NCBI GenBank assembly: GCA_963783885.1 | Contig: CAWAPJ010000029.1 | Location: forward strand, 60,430 to 124,429 | Source of the DNA: Waddliaceae bacterium | GTDB lineage: Bacteria; Chlamydiota; Chlamydiia; Chlamydiales; SLFE01 | Direction: 5' to 3' | Length of the DNA stretch: 64,000 bases | Shown: positions 48,964 through 58,465 of the stretch, in pieces | Position numbering within the stretch: position 1 is the stretch's first letter | How the letters are laid out: each line of letters starts with the position of its first letter | The notes under the pieces: generated by a model | What the model saw: only the letters and a program-made list of their open reading frames with translations | Databases searched by the model: none | Told to the model about the DNA's origin: nothing | Made by a program: the position numbers and the translations under genes

Positions 48964-49338
48964 ATGTATAGGAAGATTAAGCATGTCCACGCCCTTATCC
49001 TAGATCGGATTGTCAGAAAGGTGGGTTTTGATTTCTTTATTTTTGAACAATAATCAGACAATTTTCTTCAAATTCATGTTTTTTTCCTGATTTGTTAGAG
49101 ATACGTCATGATTTTGGGAGAAATGAGAGCAAAAGGTATCATATCGCTTCTGAGGCGATATGATACCTTTGCTTTAATTCGCTCCCAAACCGGATATATC
49201 TCTACCAAGAATCTGGAAGAATACCTCAAATTAAGAATCTGAGGCTGATTGCCGATCAAAAATAAAGAAATCAAAACCCACCTTTCTGACAATCCGATCG
49301 AGGATAAATCCCTAGACATGCTTGTTTTTCCTAAACAT
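48964..49338. repeat. ~375-bp imperfect palindrome (foldback) centred near 49151
   Basis: Perfect 44-bp IR (49003-49046 / 49256-49299), central hairpin aaaggtatcatatcgc-ttctgag-gcgatatgataccttt, and alignable sequence between and beyond them. Confidence 0.88.
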
Positions 49339-49384
49339 ATGACCTTCCAATACGTGTTCAAAATATCCGCAATGTCATCGGGAG

Positions 49385-50071
49385 TCAATGAGGCCTCGTG
49401 GTATCGGCGATTTTTTTCATCAATTTTTCGTGAGGATTGCCGGGCTGAAGCGTCTTTTTTGGTGATAATTTGAGCATTTTATTGATGTATTCACGAGCGA
49501 TTTCATCATCCACCGGCAAAGTTCCGCTAAGATACTTATAGACGTTGAGGAAGCCTTCGACCTGTTCGTCAAAATCTTGAGATTCTTTTCGGCCTAAGAA
49601 AACATCCCAGGTTTTTTTTAACGTTTCAGATTCCTCTTTCGTAAGAGGCTTTTCGGTTTCTTCTGTTGCGCCTAAAGGACCTGAGGCTATCGGACATATG
49701 CTTATGACCCGGTTGGGATAAGACAGCGCCAGCTGCTGGCAAAGATGTCCCCCCATCGAGTGGCCTGCCAAGTGGGCTTTCTCAATATTTAAATGATTTA
49801 GGATTTTTACGACATCTTCGGCGTGATCTTTTAATTCATACTCTTTTCCTTTGGGGGTGAGTGATGATCAGCCGATGTCGCGGTGGTCAAATCGAATCAC
49901 GTAGAAACCACCCTCGGCGATTTTTTGGCAAAAACGGCCGCTAAAGCCCCAAGCTCCTTTCATAGCTTCCGGAATCAGTAGACAGGCAGGAGAGGAAGTT
50001 TGGCCAAAAGACTCGACATAAAGACTGTGCTGATTTGTATTAATTTTGTGTATTTCAAACATACGTGACAT
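49385..50071 (-). pseudogene. Alpha/beta hydrolase pseudogene
   Basis: VIRFDHRDIG-TGA-SSLTPK... continues in frame to GHSMGG; C-terminus with the catalytic Asp/His is missing. Confidence 0.82.
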
Positions 50072-50119
50072 TGAAAAATATCATTTTAATACTGTTAAGT
50101 AATGTTTGACCAGTTCATT

Positions 50120-51019
50120 TTATTCCTTGGCGCCGGATTTTAGAAGCGCATTCACAAAACTGTTGCCTGCGTGACGGCCTACTTGGTAGGCGCGCGCAAC
50201 AATCAACGGTGAAAAACCATTGTTATCGGTTATGTTCGGATCGGCTCCATATTTGCATAACAGGAGGATCATTTTCGGATCGTGCATCACATGGAATAGG
50301 GGCGTTTTCCCGTCGAGGTCTTTGGCATTAGGGTCTTCGCCATTCTTCAAAAGCTTTTTAACTTTTTTCAATTCATTTTCCTGCACGGCATAAAAAAGGG
50401 CTCCCGACCACATTGTTTTGGAGCAGTCCGGATCTCTCTCTTGCGCATAGCAGAGGTTGCCAAAGCCGATTCTTCTTAGAGAGTATCTTCTTTTTGTTGT
50501 AATTTCAGCAAACCTCAACCTCAACTCCTGATCGCTCATCGTTGGGACCGGTGATGCCGGTTTCGGCTTTTGATCTAAGGTCCATAAAGACGTTTCGTGC
50601 TTTTGATCTAAGTTCCATAAAAGCGGGATATGCCTTTTCGGGATGGGTGACTTTATTTTAAGAGTCGGGTGCTTCTTCTTGTCTTGTTTTGGGGGATGAG
50701 TGAAAACCTGATAATATGCGGTCAAATCGTTTGGACTGTCACTGCCGCGCACGGCAGTCATTGCCACGAGTTTATTTTTAGTATTGAGCACAGGAGAAAG
50801 TTTGACTTCATGGGTATTCCAGAAAAGCTCCATGAGTATTAAAAACTCTGCAGCGTCCCCGGGAGAAACGCGAAGTTCCTGAAAGGTGTTGGAGTTTTGT
50901 GAAAGTTCCGCTAATATCTGTTGTGTTTTTTGTGAGATGCGTTCTTGCAGCTCATCCTTGTAAAGCCCTTTTGAGCTGCAAAAAGGGACTTGATCTTTTA
51001 TATTATTATCTACTTGCAT
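50120..51019 (-). CDS. Ankyrin repeat protein
   Basis: ALFYAV...VKKLLKNGEDPN, GKTPLFH, LCKYGADPN, GFSPL...LLKSGA. Confidence 0.88.
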   Translation of the reverse strand: MQVDNNIKDQVPFCSSKGLYKDELQERISQKTQQILAELSQNSNTFQELRVSPGDAAEFLILMELFWNTHEVKLSPVLNTKNKLVAMTAVRGSDSPNDLTAYYQVFTHPPKQDKKKHPTLKIKSPIPKRHIPLLWNLDQKHETSLWTLDQKPKPASPVPTMSDQELRLRFAEITTKRRYSLRRIGFGNLCYAQERDPDCSKTMWSGALFYAVQENELKKVKKLLKNGEDPNAKDLDGKTPLFHVMHDPKMILLLCKYGADPNITDNNGFSPLIVARAYQVGRHAGNSFVNALLKSGAKE

Positions 51020-51125
51020 GAATTATCTCCATAAATAAAATAATACTATTATTACAAATATCTTATATTCAAGAAAGAAGTAAATATAGATGTGTGTGTT
51101 TAAAAATTAAATTTAACGCCTCTAG

Positions 51126-51166
51126 GACCCTGATTGCTACCTAAACCTTAGCTAGCAATCAGGGTC
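51126..51166. repeat. 14-bp perfect inverted repeat (possible IS scar)
   Basis: GACCCTGATTGCTA-13 nt-TAGCAATCAGGGTC, preceded by CTAG. Confidence 0.7.
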
Positions 51167-51167
51167 T

Positions 51168-51645
51168 CAGGTATTTTGGGAGGAGGGGCTGGTTTGATAA
51201 GCAGACGATAAAGCAAATGCTCTCTAATGAAAACAGCGGATTTTCTCTCGATGCTAAAGTAAGAGTACCCTCTTGGGACCGTGAAGGGTTAGAGCGCCTG
51301 ATAAGATACTGTGCCCGCCCTTGCTCTTAAGAGCGAGAACTTGCGATGGAGAAGGCCTTTGGGTTCATTATCGCCTTCCTAAACTTAACCCACACCGGAA
51401 AAACCTTTGTCCAGATAGAACCCTTGGAATTTATCGAGAGGATTTCCCGATTCATTCCATTTCCCCGCCAACATCTTCGTCATTATCATGGAGTTTTTGC
51501 ACCAAATTTCCCATTAAGAAAAAAGGTGGCCGCCAGCGCTCAAAAACGCCCTGAATTCAACATCCAGAAAAATTTACAAGAGTCTTCGAAAAAAGTTATA
51601 AAGGTTTCTTTCGCCTTAAGCAAAACTCATCGCTCGTGTTTATAA
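51168..51645 (+). mobile_element. Degenerate IS91-family (Y2/HUH rolling-circle) transposase, C-terminal fragment
   Basis: SGFSLDA.V.....DREGLERLIRYCARP, then after frameshifts PLEFIERISRFIP.PRQHLRHYHGVFAPN. Confidence 0.82.
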
Positions 51646-51651
51646 AACCGA

Positions 51652-51815
51652 CAACGAGCCCAAAAGCAGAACTCCTCTATTCGTTGAAGCGGCTCAGCTT
51701 TCCAGCTGTCCGGTAGACGAAGTGACTCGCAGGTTGCTGTCTTCAATTAGTGATTAAATATGGGGTGATTTGGCAAATGTCTTTGAAACCCATTTTTTTG
51801 CAATAGCCTCTGGCC
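51652..51815 (+). repeat. 164-bp direct repeat, copy 2
   Basis: Matches 47237-47400; contains the 3' end of the GNAT gene. Confidence 0.93.
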
Positions 51816-52546
51816 ATAGCGTCGGCCATTAAAATAATCGAGACGTAATCAATGCCAAGCTCTTTGGCGTCTCTGACTCTTTGACAAGCCATCGCTGTTG
51901 CTATTCCTTTTCCTCTTGCATCAGGTTTGACGGCGGCATTGTAAAACCCTCCTAAAAGTCTTCCTGTATCATCCCGGGTTAATGTGAGAGAGCTGCATCC
52001 CACAGCTTTTCCATTGAGGATTCCCAGATAGTTGATCCAAGGAGGCGATTGAGAATGGAGAATTTCCAGGAAAAGCTTTCGAAAGAAATCAATCTGGGAT
52101 TGAAATCCAAATACATGGACATAGATGTCAATAAAACGGTCAACTTGCTGTTCAGTTTCAACTTTGACAATGTCTATTCCTGGTTTTTTGAGAGATAAAT
52201 TAGCTTTGTCGACATCCAAAACCATCCCAAAATTCGGCCCGGGAGTTTTATAGTTTCTTTTGAGAAACTGCGGCATTTCGTCTTCCGCCCAGAGTGTCAA
52301 AGGAATGCCTAAATGCTTTTGTTCTTTTTCGAGGCTTTCGAGAAAAGATTCGAGGTCTTGGCCGGAAAAAGAGATATCGAAAATACTGTTAAAAAAAGGA
52401 AGATTGGCTCCGGAATAAATTTTCGTGAATTTCGAATCTTTAAAGATAACCGAATTTGGTTCGTTTGTCAGGTTTACGGCATCTTCAAAACAGTTTTTGA
52501 GACCTGTCATGATAATTCGTTGATTCATATTTGAGTAATGTATCAT
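51743..52546 (-). CDS. GNAT-family acetyltransferase
   Basis: C-terminal YNAAVKPDARGKGIA motif A and GY.KKMGF. Confidence 0.85.
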   Translation of the reverse strand: MIHYSNMNQRIIMTGLKNCFEDAVNLTNEPNSVIFKDSKFTKIYSGANLPFFNSIFDISFSGQDLESFLESLEKEQKHLGIPLTLWAEDEMPQFLKRNYKTPGPNFGMVLDVDKANLSLKKPGIDIVKVETEQQVDRFIDIYVHVFGFQSQIDFFRKLFLEILHSQSPPWINYLGILNGKAVGCSSLTLTRDDTGRLLGGFYNAAVKPDARGKGIATAMACQRVRDAKELGIDYVSIILMADAMARGYCKKMGFKDICQITPYLITN

Positions 52547-52573
52547 AATGATAATTAAATACCTAAGTTTTTT

Positions 52574-53383
52574 ATGTTGTTGTCTAATGGAACTCGATTG
52601 ACATCTGTCAAGAAGGCCGATGGAGTCAATCTCAACATTTTTTGCCTTCCTGGAGGCCCAGGGCTTTCTTCGGAATCGCTAAGGGAGCTTGCTGAATTGA
52701 TTGATACTCGGGGAGCGGTCTGGCTTGTTGATTTTCCCGAAAACGGCAATAATCATGTGAAAGGCCGCGAGCTCAATTGCTTCAAATGGGGAGACTATCT
52801 TATCGATGCTGTTAAAGAGTTCGACAATGTGGTTGTTTTGGGCCACTCTTTTGGGGGGCATCTGGCACTGAGCCTTCCGGAGCTTGAAAACCTGATTGAA
52901 GGATTGGTAATTGTCAACTCATCCCCGGGGCTTTGGTTTGAGGCACAAGCGAGAGAAATTAAAAAAAGAAACCTTCCTTCTTTGCAAAACCTTCATAAAG
53001 CCTATGCGGAAAACCCTTGCGATGAAACGTTTCGTCCCTGCTTTATTTCTGCTATACCACATTTTGTTGCTGCCGAATATATTGATAAGGCCAAGAAAAT
53101 CCTGTCGGACTTGCCATATAACCACCGGGCGTTGAAGTGGTGGGTTGAAACATCACAACAAATCAATTGGACAGCCGGTTGGATTCCGGAGGGGATTCCG
53201 ACACTCATTATCGGCGGAAGGGAGGATGTCATCACTCCCTGCTGCCTCTTTGAACGGGATGCTCGATTCCGTAGACCCAATATCGAGCAGCATATTATTG
53301 ACAACTCCGGTCATTTTTGCTGGATAGAAAAGCCCGATGAAGTCAAATCTGTTCTCAACCTGTACTTCTCTACTTTTTTTTAG
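52574..53383 (+). CDS. Alpha/beta hydrolase (proline iminopeptidase-like)
   Basis: PGGPG, GHSFGG, G.ED..TP, SGHF..IE.P (complete Ser-Asp-His triad). Confidence 0.85.
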   Translation: MLLSNGTRLTSVKKADGVNLNIFCLPGGPGLSSESLRELAELIDTRGAVWLVDFPENGNNHVKGRELNCFKWGDYLIDAVKEFDNVVVLGHSFGGHLALSLPELENLIEGLVIVNSSPGLWFEAQAREIKKRNLPSLQNLHKAYAENPCDETFRPCFISAIPHFVAAEYIDKAKKILSDLPYNHRALKWWVETSQQINWTAGWIPEGIPTLIIGGREDVITPCCLFERDARFRRPNIEQHIIDNSGHFCWIEKPDEVKSVLNLYFSTFF

Positions 53384-53462
53384 AAAGGTCTTCAGGCCTT
53401 TCTTCTTTCCAAAAATCTTTCAAAATTGTTAACATCTTCCTTTTCTTTTTGCAGGAGTTTAC

Positions 53463-54713
53463 ATGATACGATCATTCACCAAAAGTTTTCGACCTCCCTA
53501 TGGGAGCCGCGGCATGACTTACATTCCCCATCAATTCGATAGACGGAGGGCGGAAGAACTCATCCTCGAGCAGGATAAAAAGCGTATTTTCGCTCCATTC
53601 TCGAGGAATTTTGAAACAAAATCTGTTAGGGTTTCCCATGACAATCCACTAAAAAAGGCGTTTCTTCCTTTTTTTTACACAAATGGCGATATCACCCACT
53701 CTGATTTTGAAGGAGAAATTGGGAATATACAGCATATAATACTCCCGCCGTTGTTGGGTAGGGGGATAAGTTATGTGCAGTATAAAATGTGGTCACCCGT
53801 TACTGGAACATTCGACGGCAGCTCGTATCGCAACCTGTTTACATATGGCGGATTCACGTGGAGCCAGAGGCTTGTGGAAGATGCAATTTCGGAATACAAT
53901 ATCATTTTGAAATTAAAACCCTTTCATCCCTCATTTTTGGATTCGGACGCAATTGTCGATCCTTTTCACAAACGGGAAATAGTCGCCAAGGAAGAAGCGA
54001 TTGAGGCAATGAAGAATTTGGAAATCCCGAAGATAGAGAACTGGATTAAGCAGTATTTCAATTCCCATGATTCTCGAGTCACTAAACTTGAACTTCACTT
54101 TTCCGATTTGACAATCCGGACCTGCCTTCTTCCCTTTTACATTCTTCAATATGACTGTATGCCTCCCCGGGTCATTCCGGCGCTTGACCAGAACACAAAG
54201 GTTGTAGGATCGGCTCCTATTTCCCCCACGAAATCAATGATTGTAGCTGCCGCAGCTACCGGTCTTGTTTCTCTTTTCTTTCCGCAGATGGCCCTTGCAG
54301 CCAGAGTCGCAATGATTGCAGGTCCATCAATCGCCACCGGGCTATGGATGAAAACAAGACTCTATTTGAAAGGATATTTGAATTGGGCCTACATGGATAA
54401 TAAACGGAGCGAAAACGCCTCTTTCGCGAAAACAGAAAGTGATCGTTTACGCCGCCGCATCACCGAAAATCTTAACACTTCTTATCGGGAAACAACGCAA
54501 GTTATTAATATACCCGATAAATATTACCATCTGCTTGGCTTGACACCCGGAAAAACCTATACCAAAAAGGAAGTGACTCGAGCTTTTCATGGCAAAGTAA
54601 AAGAGGTTCATCCCGATCGGATTCAGGGCAGCGGGGAACCGTTCATTGAACTTGTTAAAGCCCGCAAAGAGTTTTACCGCGCTTTCGGGGAGATTAAAAG
54701 AAATCCTTCTTGA
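53463..54713 (+). CDS. Membrane-anchored protein with C-terminal DnaJ (J) domain
   Basis: Hydrophobic hairpin near aa 255-295; YYHLLGL...VTRAFH......HPDR. Confidence 0.8.
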   Translation: MIRSFTKSFRPPYGSRGMTYIPHQFDRRRAEELILEQDKKRIFAPFSRNFETKSVRVSHDNPLKKAFLPFFYTNGDITHSDFEGEIGNIQHIILPPLLGRGISYVQYKMWSPVTGTFDGSSYRNLFTYGGFTWSQRLVEDAISEYNIILKLKPFHPSFLDSDAIVDPFHKREIVAKEEAIEAMKNLEIPKIENWIKQYFNSHDSRVTKLELHFSDLTIRTCLLPFYILQYDCMPPRVIPALDQNTKVVGSAPISPTKSMIVAAAATGLVSLFFPQMALAARVAMIAGPSIATGLWMKTRLYLKGYLNWAYMDNKRSENASFAKTESDRLRRRITENLNTSYRETTQVINIPDKYYHLLGLTPGKTYTKKEVTRAFHGKVKEVHPDRIQGSGEPFIELVKARKEFYRAFGEIKRNPS

Positions 54714-54733
54714 TATTCTTGAATCTTTGCTGG

Positions 54734-57700
54734 TCATGAATAGAGGATCGGAAGGACGTCGATGACTGTGGGAGACCAGTCGAGGCCGCGGTGGTAAACG
54801 AGTTCGGTGGCCATGCGGCAGGCGATGACAGCCTTTTTGTGGAGGTCGGGGACATTGTCAAGAAGCTGCTGGCGGAACTTGGTTTTGAGCAGCGGGGGGC
54901 AGTAATCGAGAAAAGCGATGATGAGCGGATGGTCGGGGTTTTTGGGCAGAGGACGGTGTTCAATAAAATCGAGGATTTCGTAGGTGTATTTGTTGATGCA
55001 CTCGGAGATTTGGTCGGAGATATCGGTGAGGCGCCGCCTGGTTTTTTTATGGGTTTTTAGGAGGAGCTGGGCTTCGTTATAGGCGAGATGGCGTACGCGT
55101 GTCATGATTTCGGAGACAAGCTGTTCTTTGTTTTCAATAAAGTCCGCTTCGCTTATGGCAAGGCCCGAGAGCGCTTCGAATGAGGAGCAGATGACTCCGG
55201 CTTTGTTTGCCGAACTGTCTTTGATGATCAGAACGCCTCTTTCTTCCAGGGCTTTTCTCGCTTCGGAACTGAAATAGAGGTTGGCTCCTTCAATGACCGC
55301 TTTTGACGTTGGGCGCCCTTCGTCGTCGATGAAGTCGAAAAGGTTCATTTCATTGATCGTTCTGGGACGGCCGCCGGCGGGAATGAAAATATCGGTTTTT
55401 GCGCTATGGACATTATGGCGGAGAAGATAATTCATTTCACTGCTCGACAGCCAGTCTTCAACCACTTGACCCTCTTTTTTTCGCCAGCAAAGAGTTTGCT
55501 GAATAAAAGCGGTTTGTTTTCTTTTGGTAAATTTATCGACCAGAAACCCTCCCTCGTTCAAAAGAGCGGGCGGATATTCGCGAATTCCTTTGCTTTCATA
55601 AAAGAGTTCGACAAGCTGTTTGAGATCGAGGCCTTCCGGGTCGAAGATTGTCCCTGTTCCGTCTGTAAGGGCCAGGAGTTTGGCAGTGTGGGAGTAGAGT
55701 TTGGCCAGGTTTAATATCTGATTGCCCGCCACATCGCCGTCTGGGCCTCCGGTCATTTTTATGGTGAATTCATTTTGCAAGGGATCAATGCCGAGATATT
55801 TGAGAACCTCTTCCATATAAACATTCACACCGCTAGAGGTTACACCGTATTCTTTATGGTTGATACCTGATGTTGGTTTGCTAGTTATGAAACTGCTGCC
55901 GGGCGGATATTTTTTTCTTTTGGAAAAATTGGCGATCCAGTCGATGATTTTTGGCTGCATATTTTCATCGGGACCTAAATAAATATTTTCGGGCTTGCTC
56001 CAATAATCTTTGATGTGGCTGGCAGCCAGGCTGCCGTTGTTGTCATAGTTAATCAGAGACATGAGGTTGATCACAAAAGATCGCTGTGCCAGATACATGA
56101 GCTCGCTTTTTTGCCCTTTTTGGAATTTCTTCAGTTTTATTTTGAGTTCTTGTTCTTCGATGTCTGAACTTTCGAGTTCTTTCTTTAAGATTTCAAGTTC
56201 TCTTTCGATCCGCTCATGGGGTTCAAGAAAAATGACCCCTTTTGAACCGCCCTCGGGAATTTCCTTGTTTTTCTTATGCTGGGTATAGGCAAGATTGTAG
56301 CATTCGGAAAAGATGTGATCGCTTTCGTATTGCATCCTTTCCGAATATTCGGGAAATACGGTTCTTAAGCCTCCTCGGGATAGATCTTTGAAACGAATAT
56401 GAAATCCGAAGTAGTTCATCCCTTTAAGATAAAAAATTCCGTAAGGGAGCACAGGATAAATTTCTTTGGTTTCGAACGGAACATCCCTCATAAAGGCAGG
56501 GTCGATTCTAAAACTCAGAGCGCTGTAATTATACCGGTAAAAATTTGTTTTTAGAGTATAGGCAACAAAATTGATAGCCTGCTTCAGGACATTTTTTCTT
56601 CTGATGTCGTTTTCCTCATGTCCGGTATCGAGCTTGTCGATATCTTCGTGAATTTCCCGGTTGAGCATTTGGAATTTTTTCTCATCGGAATGGACGGGGT
56701 CGAACCTCAGCTTGAAGGCATCGCAGATCTTTTTCGTCAGGTCGGGAAGCCGGCACAGATCCCATTCAACATGTTCAATGGTGTAGACATTGGGATCGAT
56801 GTGTACCAGGACCTGATGAATGAAGTTTTCCATAGCTCTCACAAGATTTCCCTTGCTACCCGAAACATAGCCGGGTTTGACAAGCCTCTCTTCAATCAAA
56901 TCGAACCTGGTAAAGTATTTTACGGTGATCAGCTCCCGGATAAAGTCAGGAATATCGGCGACTTCCCAAGCTTCTTCTCCATTGCTGCCATGAAGCCCTA
57001 TAGACATGATCAGTATATTTTCATTGCCGGAACCGGGATGAATGTAGGCGGCGTTGACCCCTTTCATCACAAGTTTGTGATTGTGGACGATTCTTGCGAG
57101 CAGATAGAGGAAATGGTGCTTGGGAGTATTTCTCCAGGCTAAGACGATATGCATCGAGGCGTTGTTTTCGTATGAAAGGGTATCATGGTAAAGAACTTCA
57201 TATTGGCAAAGATCGCGAGTCTGGGCTCTGAAAAACATATCAAATGCGAGAATTAGCCGCTCATTTGGCATACTGCGGATGAATCGGCTGCCAAGAGCCT
57301 GAATGATTTTATCCAGCTCCTCGTCGGTAACTTGGGGATTTCTTTGTTTGACATGAGGGCGAATCTGATCGATTTTATCGACAGGAACAGGACTTTTGTC
57401 ATCCTGTGAAGAACCTGTGAAATGAAGAAAGGCGACTCTCAAATTTGCTTTAGCATCAGTAAATGATGGGGGGCAGTCTGAAACATAAGTTCTATACGAC
57501 TGTATGCCGAACAGTGCGTAGTTTTTCAGAATAGTCAGATCGGCATCGGCGCTGTCGAGGCAGAGGACAATCGCTGCGTTTTTTAGATTGATAGTACTGA
57601 AATAATCCTGTGTGTGAAAGCCCATGAGGCTGTGAGTGATGAGCATGATGTTATCGGGCCCGACTTCGCTAAAAAACGGAGCCGGCATGGCTTTTTCAAG

Positions 57701-57793
57701 CCACTGGTAGCAATCGAGAAAATTTTCGCTTTCACGCTTAACCAGCTTTTGAAGCTGCTTATTGTTCAAATGCCGGTTGTCTTCTGTGATCAT
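54734..57793 (-). CDS. Large NAD-specific glutamate dehydrogenase
   Basis: GFHIRF.D.SRGGLR, KNK.IPEGGSKG, LGPDEN, HKEYGVTS, GGPDGDVAGN, EGANL, D.SANK.GV..SS.E. Confidence 0.9.
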   Translation of the reverse strand: MITEDNRHLNNKQLQKLVKRESENFLDCYQWLEKAMPAPFFSEVGPDNIMLITHSLMGFHTQDYFSTINLKNAAIVLCLDSADADLTILKNYALFGIQSYRTYVSDCPPSFTDAKANLRVAFLHFTGSSQDDKSPVPVDKIDQIRPHVKQRNPQVTDEELDKIIQALGSRFIRSMPNERLILAFDMFFRAQTRDLCQYEVLYHDTLSYENNASMHIVLAWRNTPKHHFLYLLARIVHNHKLVMKGVNAAYIHPGSGNENILIMSIGLHGSNGEEAWEVADIPDFIRELITVKYFTRFDLIEERLVKPGYVSGSKGNLVRAMENFIHQVLVHIDPNVYTIEHVEWDLCRLPDLTKKICDAFKLRFDPVHSDEKKFQMLNREIHEDIDKLDTGHEENDIRRKNVLKQAINFVAYTLKTNFYRYNYSALSFRIDPAFMRDVPFETKEIYPVLPYGIFYLKGMNYFGFHIRFKDLSRGGLRTVFPEYSERMQYESDHIFSECYNLAYTQHKKNKEIPEGGSKGVIFLEPHERIERELEILKKELESSDIEEQELKIKLKKFQKGQKSELMYLAQRSFVINLMSLINYDNNGSLAASHIKDYWSKPENIYLGPDENMQPKIIDWIANFSKRKKYPPGSSFITSKPTSGINHKEYGVTSSGVNVYMEEVLKYLGIDPLQNEFTIKMTGGPDGDVAGNQILNLAKLYSHTAKLLALTDGTGTIFDPEGLDLKQLVELFYESKGIREYPPALLNEGGFLVDKFTKRKQTAFIQQTLCWRKKEGQVVEDWLSSSEMNYLLRHNVHSAKTDIFIPAGGRPRTINEMNLFDFIDDEGRPTSKAVIEGANLYFSSEARKALEERGVLIIKDSSANKAGVICSSFEALSGLAISEADFIENKEQLVSEIMTRVRHLAYNEAQLLLKTHKKTRRRLTDISDQISECINKYTYEILDFIEHRPLPKNPDHPLIIAFLDYCPPLLKTKFRQQLLDNVPDLHKKAVIACRMATELVYHRGLDWSPTVIDVLPILYS

Positions 57794-57811
57794 GAACTTA
57801 TCTTATCGCGA

Positions 57812-58408
57812 TTATTTTTTGAATTCCACTGTCGTCTTTTTAAGGAAATCGGAAGCAATATCTTTACCCTTGGTCTGCATTGCTGTATTGTCTTTATCCT
57901 GGGATGATAAAATAAAACGCGACATCACGACTATGTCGTAACCTTTGTTTTGATAAATATTGAATGTTGTGAATTCGCGGAATCCGTTATCGAGATCGAT
58001 TGTATATTGCTCTGTTGATTTTGTTCCCCCCGTGATGTCATCCTGTTTAAGATCGGTTTTTTTGGCGTCTGTAATTTTAAAGTTCATATTGGAATATTCT
58101 TTGCCGATGATGCTCATCATCATTTTGACAATTTCTTCCGGAGATTTATTCTCATGGCCGGCTATCAGTATGGACATTTGGACCAGGGGATTTTGCATGA
58201 TATAATTGGCCGTTTGGCCGGAAAGAATAGGTTTGCCGGGAAATGAAGACTTTAAGGTGAAATCCTTTCCTGTAAATTCGACATTAAAGGTGCCCTCTTC
58301 ATTTTGGACCTCCTTAAACTGTCCCTGAACGTGGGGGATCGGATTTCCCCATAGACTTATTGCTCCTAGGCAAATAACTAACATCAAAGCGGATACAATT
58401 TTATTCAT
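57812..58408 (-). CDS. Hypothetical exported protein
   Basis: Signal peptide MNKIVSALMLVICLGAISLWG; GAGG RBS. Confidence 0.7.
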   Translation of the reverse strand: MNKIVSALMLVICLGAISLWGNPIPHVQGQFKEVQNEEGTFNVEFTGKDFTLKSSFPGKPILSGQTANYIMQNPLVQMSILIAGHENKSPEEIVKMMMSIIGKEYSNMNFKITDAKKTDLKQDDITGGTKSTEQYTIDLDNGFREFTTFNIYQNKGYDIVVMSRFILSSQDKDNTAMQTKGKDIASDFLKKTTVEFKK

Positions 58409-58465
58409 GACTTACCTCTCTATAGTCTCCTGTGTAACGCCGGCTCGACTATTAATCAAGCGTCA

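Noticed and set aside
49095-49473. Small ORFs (97 aa minus, 74 aa plus) as a toxin-antitoxin pair
   Set aside because: No RBS or recognisable motifs; they arise from the palindrome and the pseudogene antisense strand
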